The notes under the pieces were generated by a model. That model was not told the DNA's origin. It worked only from the letters and a program-made list of their open reading frames with translations, and did no database searches. The translations under genes and the position numbers were made by a program. Positions 20,465-29,142 of a DNA stretch of 64,000 bases are shown here, in pieces; position 1 is the stretch's first letter; every line of letters starts with the position of its first letter. The stretch is from Anaeromyxobacteraceae bacterium (GTDB lineage: Bacteria; Myxococcota; Myxococcia; Myxococcales; Anaeromyxobacteraceae). The stretch covers positions 192,001 through 256,000 of the forward strand of contig JASGHJ010000001.1 in assembly GCA_047602405.1 (NCBI GenBank), read 5' to 3'.

Positions 20465-21748
20465 GTGACCGGTCTCTCCGCGAGGGCCGCGCTGGCGCCC
20501 GGCGCGACGCCCGCCGCCCCCTCCCGCCTCGCCCTCGCCCGGCTCTCGGCCTGGCTCGGCCTCGTCGGCTTCGGCGGCGGCATCGCGGTGCTGGCGACCA
20601 TGCGCACCGCGCTCGTCGACCAGCGCCGCTGGCTCTCCGAGCGCGAATTCGCGGTCACGGCCACCGTCTCGCAGATGATCCCGGGGGGCGCCGCGGCGAA
20701 CGCGCTCGCCTACACGGGACTGCGGATGTTCGGCCCCGGCGGCGCGGCGCTCGCGTACGCCGCCTTCATCGCGCCGGGCGCCGTGGTCGTGCTCGCGCTC
20801 GCCGCCGCGTACGCCCACCTCGGCGTCACCCCGCACCTCGCGCCGGCGCTCGCCGGGATGAACGCGGCGGTGGTGGGCGTGGTCGGCGCCATCACGCTGC
20901 AGCTCGTGCGGAGCGGCGTCTCGCGCCCCTGGCAGATGGGCGTCGCGGGCGGGGCGCTCCTCCTCGCGCTCGCGGGTGGGGCCTCCGCCGCCGAGGTGGC
21001 CGCGCTCGGCGTCGGCGCCGGGCTCGTGCTCGACCTCGGGATCGCCCGCTTCCGGCTCGCCCGCGTGCAGCGGGCCGGCGCCGCTCGTCCCGGGCCCGTC
21101 GAGGAACGAGCCGCCTCGAGGGAGCCGCCGCCGGTGGCCCTCCCCGAGGAGGGCGAGCGCCTCCCCACGCCGCCCGGCGGCGAGCACGCGCTCCTGCCGC
21201 TCGCGCTCGGCGCGGCGCCGGCGCTGGGCGCCCTCGGGACGCTCGGCCTCGTGCTTTTCCGCGCCGGGCTCGGTGCGTACGGCGGCGGCTTCGCGGCGGT
21301 CACGCAGCTGCGCGCGGCGGTGCTCGAGCACGGCTGGCTCACCGCCCGGCAGTTCGCGGACGCGGTCGCGATCGGCAAGCTCACGCCCGGGCCGGTGCTG
21401 CTCATGGCGACCTTCGTGGGCTACCTCACCGCCGGCCTGCCCGGCGCGCTCGTCGCGACGGTCTCGATCTTCGCCGGGCCGCTCCTCCTCGTGCTCGGGA
21501 TCGGCGCGGTGCTCGCGCGCTACCGCTCGCGCCGTCCGGTGCGCGCGGCGCTGCGGGGGCTCACGCCCGCGGTGGTCGGGCTCATGGCCGCCGCGGCGCT
21601 CACGCTCGGCAGCTCGCTCGAGGGCGCGCCGGAGCTCGCGATCGCGGGCGCGGCGTTCCTCACCCTCGCGCGCTTCCGGGCGAGCCCGGTGGCCGTGATG
21701 GCGGCCGGCGGCGCCGCGCGGCTCGCGCTCGCGCTCGCCGGCCGCTGA
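20465..21748 (+). CDS. chrA: Chromate ion transporter (CHR family)
   Basis: Two repeats with GFGGG / AYGGG and PGP motifs; multi-TM. Confidence 0.88.
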   Translation: MTGLSARAALAPGATPAAPSRLALARLSAWLGLVGFGGGIAVLATMRTALVDQRRWLSEREFAVTATVSQMIPGGAAANALAYTGLRMFGPGGAALAYAAFIAPGAVVVLALAAAYAHLGVTPHLAPALAGMNAAVVGVVGAITLQLVRSGVSRPWQMGVAGGALLLALAGGASAAEVAALGVGAGLVLDLGIARFRLARVQRAGAARPGPVEERAASREPPPVALPEEGERLPTPPGGEHALLPLALGAAPALGALGTLGLVLFRAGLGAYGGGFAAVTQLRAAVLEHGWLTARQFADAVAIGKLTPGPVLLMATFVGYLTAGLPGALVATVSIFAGPLLLVLGIGAVLARYRSRRPVRAALRGLTPAVVGLMAAAALTLGSSLEGAPELAIAGAAFLTLARFRASPVAVMAAGGAARLALALAGR

Positions 21749-21755
21749 GCGGCTG

Positions 21756-22115
21756 CTACTTCGCGGTCGCCGGCGTGTTCGTCGCTGCCGCGGGCTGGGT
21801 CGTCGCTGCCGCGGGCGGGGTCGCCGGCGGAGCGTCGGGCTTCCCGTAGTACTTCACGAGGTAGTCGACGATCTTCGGCACGTCCTCGGGCTTGATCTTG
21901 GCGTCGAACATCTTGACCATCTTGCCGACCGAGCCCTCCCACGCCTTGCGATCCAGGAACGGCGAGTTCATCTGGATGTAGTCGAGGCTGTGGCACATCG
22001 AGCAGCTCGCCTTCACGAGCGCGGCGTCCGGGCCGTCCTTCAGCTTCACCGCCTTCTCGTCCGCGAGCGCGGCGGGCGCCGCGGCGAGGAGGGCCATCAC
22101 GATCAGGGTGCGCAT
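21756..22115 (-). CDS. sorB: Sulfite dehydrogenase cytochrome c subunit
   Basis: Signal peptide, CSMCHSLDYI, W...V.KM; directly downstream of sorA. Confidence 0.82.
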   Translation of the reverse strand: MRTLIVMALLAAAPAALADEKAVKLKDGPDAALVKASCSMCHSLDYIQMNSPFLDRKAWEGSVGKMVKMFDAKIKPEDVPKIVDYLVKYYGKPDAPPATPPAAATTQPAAATNTPATAK

Positions 22116-22126
22116 GCGGTGCCTCC

Positions 22127-23365
22127 TCACCCGACGTCGAGGGTGACCTTCGAGACGACGTTGTTGTGGTAGCCGGCCGGGTTGAACACGAGCTCGAACG
22201 ACTGCGAGCCGCCGAGCCGGTTGGTCGCCTTCGCGAGCACGACCTGGGCGCCCTTCCCCTCCGCCTGGATCGCCATCGAGAACGACCGGAACGAGAACTT
22301 CCCGAGGTCCTGGCCGAGGTCCGCGGGACGCCAGCTCCGGCCGCCGTCCGCCGAGACCTCGACGGTGCGGATGCCGTAGCCGCCGTCCCAGGCGATGCCC
22401 TTCACCTCGACCTGGTCGCCGGCCTTCACCTTCTGGCCCTCGCGCAGGTTCGTGATGAGCGAGTTCGTCACCATCTCGGTGATGGGCATGTTCACGTCGC
22501 TCTCCTGCGACGAGAACCGGTCCACGAGCGGAAACTTGCCCTTCGGGATCCGGTAGGCCGGCGCCATCCAGAACGACTTGAACGGCTGCGTCACCGCCTG
22601 GATCGAGACCACGTGCTTCATCCAGTAGGTCGCCGTCCAGCCCGGCACCACGAGGCGCACCGGGTCGCCGTGGTAGTGCGGGATCGGCTCGCCGTTCATC
22701 TCCCAGGCGAGCAGGGTGTTCTCGTCGAGCGCCTTCCAGACCGGGATGCTCTTCTGGAAGTCCGGCGTGGTCGCGAGCACCGCGGTGTCGGCGCCGTTCG
22801 CGACGATCTCGACGGCCTCCTTCTTGACGCCCGCCTTCGCGAGCACGTCCCTGAGCCGCACGCCCTTCCAGCGCGCGTTGCCCATCGCGCCGTGGCCCCA
22901 CTGCACGCCGGCCACGTGGGGCTCGGAGAGGCCGCGGCGGTTGCCGGAGCAGAGGCACACCGCGACGGTCTCGACCTGCTCGAAGTCCTTCCTGAGCGCG
23001 GCGAGGTCGAAGGTGAGCGGCTTCTCGAGGCCGTCGCCGCCGAGCTCGAGCTTCCACCGGGCCGGATCGACCTTCGGGGTCACCGGCAGGTGGCAGCGGA
23101 CGAAGAACGCGTCGTTCGGCGTGATGGCGTCGTCGAAGTACTCGACCGGCGTCTCGTAGTTCAGCGGCCGGTAGGTCCGCTTGATGAGCGGGCGCTTCCC
23201 GGGGAGGGACTCGAGCACCGACTCCTCGAGCGTGCCGGCGGGGAGGCCGGCCGGGCCGAGCGAGGGCTTCTCGCCGGCGTGGGCCCAGCGGGGGAGGAGG
23301 GCGCCGGCGCCGGCCACGGCGGCGCCGCTCGCAACCTTGCGAAGGAATTGACGTCTGGAGGTCAT
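22127..23365 (-). CDS. sorA: Sulfite dehydrogenase molybdopterin subunit (sulfite oxidase family)
   Basis: Tat signal SRRQFL; FFVRCH, CSGNRR, QWGHGAMGNARW, FNPAGYHNN. Confidence 0.88.
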   Translation of the reverse strand: MTSRRQFLRKVASGAAVAGAGALLPRWAHAGEKPSLGPAGLPAGTLEESVLESLPGKRPLIKRTYRPLNYETPVEYFDDAITPNDAFFVRCHLPVTPKVDPARWKLELGGDGLEKPLTFDLAALRKDFEQVETVAVCLCSGNRRGLSEPHVAGVQWGHGAMGNARWKGVRLRDVLAKAGVKKEAVEIVANGADTAVLATTPDFQKSIPVWKALDENTLLAWEMNGEPIPHYHGDPVRLVVPGWTATYWMKHVVSIQAVTQPFKSFWMAPAYRIPKGKFPLVDRFSSQESDVNMPITEMVTNSLITNLREGQKVKAGDQVEVKGIAWDGGYGIRTVEVSADGGRSWRPADLGQDLGKFSFRSFSMAIQAEGKGAQVVLAKATNRLGGSQSFELVFNPAGYHNNVVSKVTLDVG

Positions 23366-23537
23366 GTCCGCTCCCTGCTTCAGCGGCCGGCCGGCGTGGA
23401 GGTCCGCGGCCGCCGGTCATCACGGGGGGTCACATCACGGTGCGTGTAGCGTGGGGCGTCGAAGAAGCATCCCGATCCGCGCGTGGCGCGTCAAGCCGCT
23501 GCGCTCCCTGCACCCGAGCGGAGCGCGCGCACCCCGC

Positions 23538-23750
23538 TCACGCGCCGCGCTGCGGCGCGTCCTTTCCGGGGTCGATGGTCCGCCACTGGTAGGTGGGCGC
23601 CTCGCCGTGGTGACCGATGGTGATCATCCGGATCATCTTCAGGTTGATCCACGCGAACCGCACGAGCTGCCACGGCAGGAACGTCCGCATGAGGACGGTC
23701 CAGCGCGTCGGCATGGGCGCGTGGAAGGTCTGCTCGCCGGGTCTGGGCAT
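23538..23750 (-). CDS. Small hypothetical protein downstream of sqr
   Basis: 70-aa ORF with GGAG RBS (MPRPGEQ...RTFLPWQLVRFAWINLKM). Confidence 0.55.
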   Translation of the reverse strand: MPRPGEQTFHAPMPTRWTVLMRTFLPWQLVRFAWINLKMIRMITIGHHGEAPTYQWRTIDPGKDAPQRGA

Positions 23751-23761
23751 CGTCGACTCCC

Positions 23762-25216
23762 CTACTCCGGGATCAGCCACCAGCCCGCGCGGGCCTTGGC
23801 CTTCCAGAGGAACAGGTGGTGGAGGATCTTCTTGATCCAGTGGCCGGCGAGGCCGATCTCGCCGAACGTGAAGCGGAAGTCCCGGCCGTAGTCCGGGTAC
23901 TTGTCGTAGTCCGGCACGATCGGGAACATGGTCATCGAGGCCGCGGAGCCGCCGAGCCAGCTTGCGCCGGCCGAGGCCACGCAGGACGCGCCCATCTCGG
24001 CCATCGACGCGGTGCGCGTCGGCCGGGGCGTGCCCATCACGATCATGCCGGTGATGGACTCGGCGACCGCGCGGGCCATGACGGCCGACGGCATGCCGGT
24101 GCGCGGCGGGGCGGGGGCGATCAGCGTCCCCTTCGCCGACTTCCGCGGGCGGGAGATCGCGTGCGGCGGCGCGAAGGCGATGCCGATCGCGAAGACGTTG
24201 GGGTACCTGGGGGTCTGGTAGGTCTTCGGCCAGTCGGCCGCCTTCCACTGCTCGAACGGCTTCGCGGTGTAGTCGGCGTCGACCCGCATGAACCCGCTCG
24301 GCGCGAAGACCTCGGAGGTGATCTCGGCCCCGTCCTTCGCGAAGGCCTTGATGGGCTGGCCGGCGAACGGGGGCAGCAGCATCGCGAAGTCGAACGGGAG
24401 GTCGTGCTCGACCCCGTCGAGCGTCTCGTAGTGCACCACGTCCGGCTCGACCCGGTGCACGTGGGCGCCGGTGATCCACTCGATGCCGCGCTCGGCGTAC
24501 AGCGACTCGGCGAAGGTCTTCGAGTGCACGCGGTAGCCGCCGCGCTCGAGGTGCACGCCGCCCACGCCGAAATCGCCGAGGTCGGCCTCGTTCGTGAGGA
24601 AGACGATGCGGGCGCGGTCGCGCACGCCCGCCTGCCGGAGCGTGAACTCGACGTTGAAGACGTACTCGAACGCCGCGCCCTCGCAGGTGCACAGGCCGTG
24701 GCCGACGCCGACCACCAGCGTCAGCCGCTCGCCCTGGCGCATCCGGGCGATGGCCTGCGCGAGCGCCTTCGCCGCGTGAGCGGCGTGGTCGTTCGTGCAG
24801 ACCGAGACGGTGTGGGCCTCGGGGCCGAGGCCGGGCGTCGCCGCGAAGTTGAGGCGGGGACCGGTCGCGTTGACGAGGTAGTCGTAGGGCACGCGGGAGC
24901 GCTCGCCCGCCGCGGCGCCGGTGGACTCCACCACGACGTGCGGCCCGGGCTCGGCGGCGCCGCCCTCGGCCCACAGCTCGACCGCCTTCGCCTGGACGAA
25001 CTCGATGCCCTCCCGCCGGTAGACCGGGGCGAGCTCGAAGACGACGTCCTCCGGCTTCATCATCCCGACGCCCACCCAGATGTTGGACGGGATCCAGTTG
25101 CAGGTCGGCTTCGGGGAGACCACGGTGACCGTGTGCTCGCGCGGGAGCTCCTTCCGGAGGAGCAGCGCCGCCGTGTGCCCCGCGATGCCGGCGCCGAGGA
25201 CCACCACCTTCGCCAT
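23762..25216 (-). CDS. sqr: Sulfide:quinone oxidoreductase, SqrD (type IV)-like
   Basis: GAGIAG, WIPSNIWVG, CTCEGAAFEY, PPRTGMPS, GLAGHW, W.LIPE C-terminus. Confidence 0.88.
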   Translation of the reverse strand: MAKVVVLGAGIAGHTAALLLRKELPREHTVTVVSPKPTCNWIPSNIWVGVGMMKPEDVVFELAPVYRREGIEFVQAKAVELWAEGGAAEPGPHVVVESTGAAAGERSRVPYDYLVNATGPRLNFAATPGLGPEAHTVSVCTNDHAAHAAKALAQAIARMRQGERLTLVVGVGHGLCTCEGAAFEYVFNVEFTLRQAGVRDRARIVFLTNEADLGDFGVGGVHLERGGYRVHSKTFAESLYAERGIEWITGAHVHRVEPDVVHYETLDGVEHDLPFDFAMLLPPFAGQPIKAFAKDGAEITSEVFAPSGFMRVDADYTAKPFEQWKAADWPKTYQTPRYPNVFAIGIAFAPPHAISRPRKSAKGTLIAPAPPRTGMPSAVMARAVAESITGMIVMGTPRPTRTASMAEMGASCVASAGASWLGGSAASMTMFPIVPDYDKYPDYGRDFRFTFGEIGLAGHWIKKILHHLFLWKAKARAGWWLIPE

Positions 25217-25310
25217 GGAGACCTCCCCTGGACCACGAGCGGGCCCGAGCCACGTGTGAGGTGCGGAGGGTGGCGGGCGGTTCGCGCTCGCCCCGCCCGG
25301 GACCGAGGTG

Positions 25311-25457
25311 ATGGACGGCGCCGCCTACGTGCACCGCGACGACACCGTCGAGCGGATGATCCCGCTGCCGGTGGTCGGGCACTGGATGGAGCGCGGCTGG
25401 GGCCGCTACTTCACGCTCTCGAAGAAGCGGCTCGTGCCGCGGCTGCCGGGGACGTAG
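25311..25457 (+). pseudogene. C-terminal remnant (48 aa) of a second SQR, SqrF/type VI-like
   Basis: MDGAAYVHRDDTVERMIPLPVVGHWMERGWGRYFTLSKKRLVPRLPGT resembles the SqrF C-terminus; no FAD domain upstream. Confidence 0.6.
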
Positions 25458-25601
25458 CCGGCCCGGGGCGGCGGCCCGGACCCCGTCCCGAGGTGGGCGG
25501 GGCCGAGGGTCGCAGCCCCACCCGGCCACCGCCGGCCTCGGCCCCCTGCGTCAGCATTCCCTGCATCTCGACGCTTGACGCCGGTCAACCGCCCTGGCAG
25601 A

Positions 25602-25625
25602 ACGTTCAACGATTCAATTGAACGT
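25602..25625. promoter_or_regulatory. Putative ArsR/BigR-type operator
   Basis: ACGTTCAA-N8-TTGAACGT perfect inverted repeat at the ArsR start; TTGACG at 25575. Confidence 0.65.
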
Positions 25626-26398
25626 GATCTCCTGACAAGAACGCCCTCGCGCGCGCCCACTACGCGGAGCTCGCCCGCATCGGGAAGGTCCTCGGCAGCC
25701 CCGTCCGGCTGCTCCTGCTGGATCTCCTGCGCCAGGGGCCGCGCTCGGTCGAGACGCTCGCCGAGGCCGCGGGCCTGCCGGTCGCGAACGCCTCGCAGCA
25801 CCTCCAGCACATGCGCCGCGCCCGCGTGATCGCGGCCGAGCAGCGCGGCCGGTTCACCGTGTACCGCCTCGCGGCCGAGAACGTCTCGGCGGTCTTCGCC
25901 GCGCTGCGCCTGCTCGCGGAGGACCTCCTCCCCGAGATGGACCGGCTCCGCGGCGAGCTCTCCGTGCTCGGCCCGGAGGAGCGCGAGGAGCTCCTCGAGG
26001 CGATCCGTCGCGACGCCGTGACGCTCGTCGACGTCCGCCCGGTCGAGGAGTTCCGCGCCGGGCACCTCCCCGGCGCCCACTCGATGCCGCTCGCCGAGCT
26101 GCGCGAGCGCCTCGCCGAGCTGCCGCGCGAGCGCGAGATCGTCGCGTACTGCCGCGGCCCTTACTGCACGCTCGCGGGCACCGCCGTCCGGATCCTCGAG
26201 CAGGCCGGCTTCAGGGCCCGCCACCTCGACCTCGGCGTACCCGACCTCAGGGCCCGCCGCTTCCGCATCGCCTCCGGCGACGCCGCGCAACCGCGCCGCG
26301 CCGCCCCGCCCACCCGCCGCGCCGTTCGCACCTCGAAGCCCAGCACCTCGAAGCTCAGCACCTCGAGGCCCCGCACCCGCACCCGGAGCTCCCGATGA
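25624..26398 (+). CDS. ArsR-family regulator fused to a rhodanese domain (apparent +1 frameshift near 25630)
   Basis: ARIGKVLGSPVRL...LRQGPRSVETLA...SQHL HTH; VDVRP.EEF..GHLPGA and YCRGPYC. Confidence 0.85.
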
Positions 26399-27333
26399 GA
26401 CACCTCGTTGCCGTCGCCGCCCTCGCGTTCGCCACCCCCGCCCTCTCCGACGACGTCTTCGTGTCCGCGGACGAGGCGAAGGCCCTCGCCGGGAAGCCCG
26501 ACGTCCGGTTCGTCTACGCCGACGCCGTGAAGAAGTTCGAGGCCGGGCACGTCCCCGGCTCGGTCGTCGCCTTCGCGCACGACCTCCACTTCCTCGACGA
26601 CGTGAAGGCCTGCAAGGGCCTGCCGATGTGCGAGCCCGCCGCCGCGAAGCTCATCGGCGGCACCCTCGGCATCGACGGGAAGACCCAGGTCGTCGTGTAC
26701 GACGACGGCCCGGGCGCGAACGCGTCCGGCACCTGGTTCTTCCTCGAGCTCTACGGCGTGCCGAACGTGAAGATCCTCGACGGCGGCCTCGCCGCCTGGA
26801 AGGCGAAGGGCGGCGCGGTCGAGGCCGGCGCCCCGGCGAAGGTCGCCGCGAAGGCGTTCACGCCCGCCGTGCAGTGGAACATGATCGCGACGGTCGACGA
26901 GGTGAAGAAGGCGACCGCCGACGGCGCCCACTACGTCATCCTCGACTCCCGCCACAACCTCGACGAGTACACCGGCAAGCAGCTCCTCGGCGCGCTCTCC
27001 GCGCCCGGCAAGGAGCAGACCGTGAAGCGCGGCGGCGCGATCCCCGGCGCGATCTTCTCGCCCTGGTCGAAGTACGCCGGCAACAAGGACGGCGCGGCCG
27101 ACAAGCCGACGCTGAAGGACCCCGCCGAGCTCGCGAAGCAGCTCGAGAAGCTCAAGAAGAACGGCTACGACCCGTCGAAGACCGTCATCACCTACTGCCA
27201 CGTCGGCCTGGGCCGCGGCTCGTTCCAGTACCTCGCGCTGCGCGCCGCCGGCCACAAGAACACGAAGGTCTACGTCGGCTCCTGGGACGAGTGGGGCAAC
27301 GACGCCTCGCTCCCGCTCGCCGCGCAGCCGTAG
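26395..27333 (+). CDS. Exported tandem-domain rhodanese/sulfurtransferase
   Basis: Signal peptide; GHVPGS, ILDGG...W, YCHVGLGRGS active loop, VYVGSWDEW. Confidence 0.88.
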   Translation: MRHLVAVAALAFATPALSDDVFVSADEAKALAGKPDVRFVYADAVKKFEAGHVPGSVVAFAHDLHFLDDVKACKGLPMCEPAAAKLIGGTLGIDGKTQVVVYDDGPGANASGTWFFLELYGVPNVKILDGGLAAWKAKGGAVEAGAPAKVAAKAFTPAVQWNMIATVDEVKKATADGAHYVILDSRHNLDEYTGKQLLGALSAPGKEQTVKRGGAIPGAIFSPWSKYAGNKDGAADKPTLKDPAELAKQLEKLKKNGYDPSKTVITYCHVGLGRGSFQYLALRAAGHKNTKVYVGSWDEWGNDASLPLAAQP

Positions 27334-27342
27334 GAGGTCGTC

Positions 27343-28473
27343 ATGGTCGGCTCCTTCCTCGCGGGCGCCCTCACCGGCGCGGCGTTCGGGTGGGTCCTCT
27401 ACAAGGTGGGCGCCACGCGCTACTCGCGCGTGATGGGCATGCTCACGCTCAAGGACACGAAGGTGATGAAGTTCGCCTTCACCACCATCGGCGTCGCCTC
27501 GCTCGCCTATGGCCTCGCGGCCGCGGCGGGCGTGGCGGAGGCCTGGGGGCTCGTCCCCCGGGTGATGCCGTTCCTCGGCTACGGCCACCTCCTCGGCGGC
27601 GCGCTCTTCGGCCTCGGCATGGGCGTCTCCGGCCTCTGCCCCGGCACCTGCGTCGCGAAGCTCGGCGGGCGCGGCGGCGGGAAGAAGTACGCCACGCCGG
27701 CCGCGGTCCTGGGGCTCGTCGCCGGCGTGCTCGTCTACCAGCTCGTGAAGGATCGGCTGATGTCCGCCGGGGTCATCGCCGAGAACCAGCTGCCGCTCAC
27801 GCTGCACGGCGTGCTCGGCCTGCCCTACGCGGCGGTCGCGCTCGTCCTCGCCGCGGTCATGATCGCCGTCGCGATCGCCGTCGACCGGCTGACGCCCGAG
27901 GCGGTGTACGCGCCGGCCCGCGAGAAGAGGACGCTCGTCGACTGGCTGCGCGGCGAGTGGAGCTGGACCGCGGGCGGCACCGCCGCGGGCCTCCTCGTCG
28001 TGGCCTCGACCGCCCAGGGCGGCTACCTGGGGTTCTCGGGCGCGATCCTCGCCGCGGTCGGGAGCGGCACGCACCTCCTCGGCCTCGACCTCCCCATCGT
28101 CCCCCGCGTCGACGCCGACATCGTCTGGCGGGCCGCGCTCATCCTCGGCGTGTTCCCGGGCGCCTGGCTCGCCCACGCGGTCGCGATCCCGTCGAAGGCG
28201 GCGGTCGAGGCCCCCGCCGTGAAGGTCCTCGACTGGCGGGCGATCGGCACGAGCTTCGGCGCGGCGGCCACGATGTGCCTCGGCGCGCTCGTCGGCGGCG
28301 GCTGCACCACCGGCGCGTTCCTCTCCGCGTGGCCGACCCTCTCGGTCGGCAGCTTCGCCATGGCGGGCACGTTCTTCGCCGTCTCGATGGCGACCTCGAG
28401 CGCCCGGGCGTTCCTCCTCCACACCTACGACATCGGCGCGGCGCAGGCGTTCGGCGATCGCGCCTACGACTAG
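27343..28473 (+). CDS. Double-domain YeeE/YedE sulfur transporter
   Basis: GLCPGTC and GGGCTTG motifs; multi-TM. Confidence 0.85.
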   Translation: MVGSFLAGALTGAAFGWVLYKVGATRYSRVMGMLTLKDTKVMKFAFTTIGVASLAYGLAAAAGVAEAWGLVPRVMPFLGYGHLLGGALFGLGMGVSGLCPGTCVAKLGGRGGGKKYATPAAVLGLVAGVLVYQLVKDRLMSAGVIAENQLPLTLHGVLGLPYAAVALVLAAVMIAVAIAVDRLTPEAVYAPAREKRTLVDWLRGEWSWTAGGTAAGLLVVASTAQGGYLGFSGAILAAVGSGTHLLGLDLPIVPRVDADIVWRAALILGVFPGAWLAHAVAIPSKAAVEAPAVKVLDWRAIGTSFGAAATMCLGALVGGGCTTGAFLSAWPTLSVGSFAMAGTFFAVSMATSSARAFLLHTYDIGAAQAFGDRAYD

Positions 28474-28482
28474 GAGCCGGCC

Positions 28483-28617
28483 ATGAAGATGCAGATCAGG
28501 ATGCTCCTCGCGGCGGCCGTGCTGGTGCTCGCCGCGGGCTATCTGGGCCTCAGGAGCGGCAACGCGGCGCTGGAGCGGAAGGTCGCCGCCACCGCGAGGG
28601 GTGAGGTGACGCCGTGA
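28483..28617 (+). CDS. 44-aa single-TM hypothetical protein
   Basis: AGGAG RBS, MKMQIRMLLAAAVLVLAAGYLGL...; stop overlaps the next start (GTGA). Confidence 0.6.
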   Translation: MKMQIRMLLAAAVLVLAAGYLGLRSGNAALERKVAATARGEVTP

Positions 28618-29076
28618 AGCTCGAACCGCTCGTCTGGGTGGGGGCGCTCGCGCTCCTCTCCGGCATGGTCGTGAGGGAGGGCCAGCGCCGCACCGCGCTC
28701 GAGGCCCAGGTGCCGGTCGAGGCGAAGGACCTCTACCGCACGATGGCGAGGTCGAAGGCGGCGCTCCAGAATCGTCGACGTCCGCCCCGACCTCTCCGCC
28801 GGCTACGAGGACGCCCGGGTGCCGGGCGCGCTGCCGATGCCCGGCTGCGACCTCGCCGCCGCGCCCGAGAAGGCGCGCGCCCGCATCGTCCCGTCGGTGC
28901 CCACCGTGATCGTCACGGCCACCGGCAGCGCGGCGGAGGCCGCGAGGTGCGCGGGCTTCTTCACGTCGGCGCGGTTGCTCGCCGGCGGCCAGGAGGCCTG
29001 GACCGACGCGAACCTGCCCGAGGACTCGGGCGAGTACTCCCCGCCGTCCGCGAAGGCGGGCGGGGGCTGCCTCTAG
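28614..29076 (+). CDS. Membrane-anchored rhodanese-like protein with C-terminal GGGCL (+1 frameshift near 28771)
   Basis: N-terminal TM; IVDVRP..GYEDARVPGA, LAGGQEAW; ends SAKAGGGCL. Confidence 0.72.
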
Positions 29077-29142
29077 GACGTTCGTCGCTCGCAGCAGGGC
29101 AGCGCTGGCAGCAGCGCTTCGACACCAGGGAGAGGGTTGGCC

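Noticed and set aside
25625..25627. TGA upstream of the ArsR frame as selenocysteine
   Set aside because: No in-frame start upstream and no SECIS-like hairpin; a +1 indel after GTG at 25624 explains it
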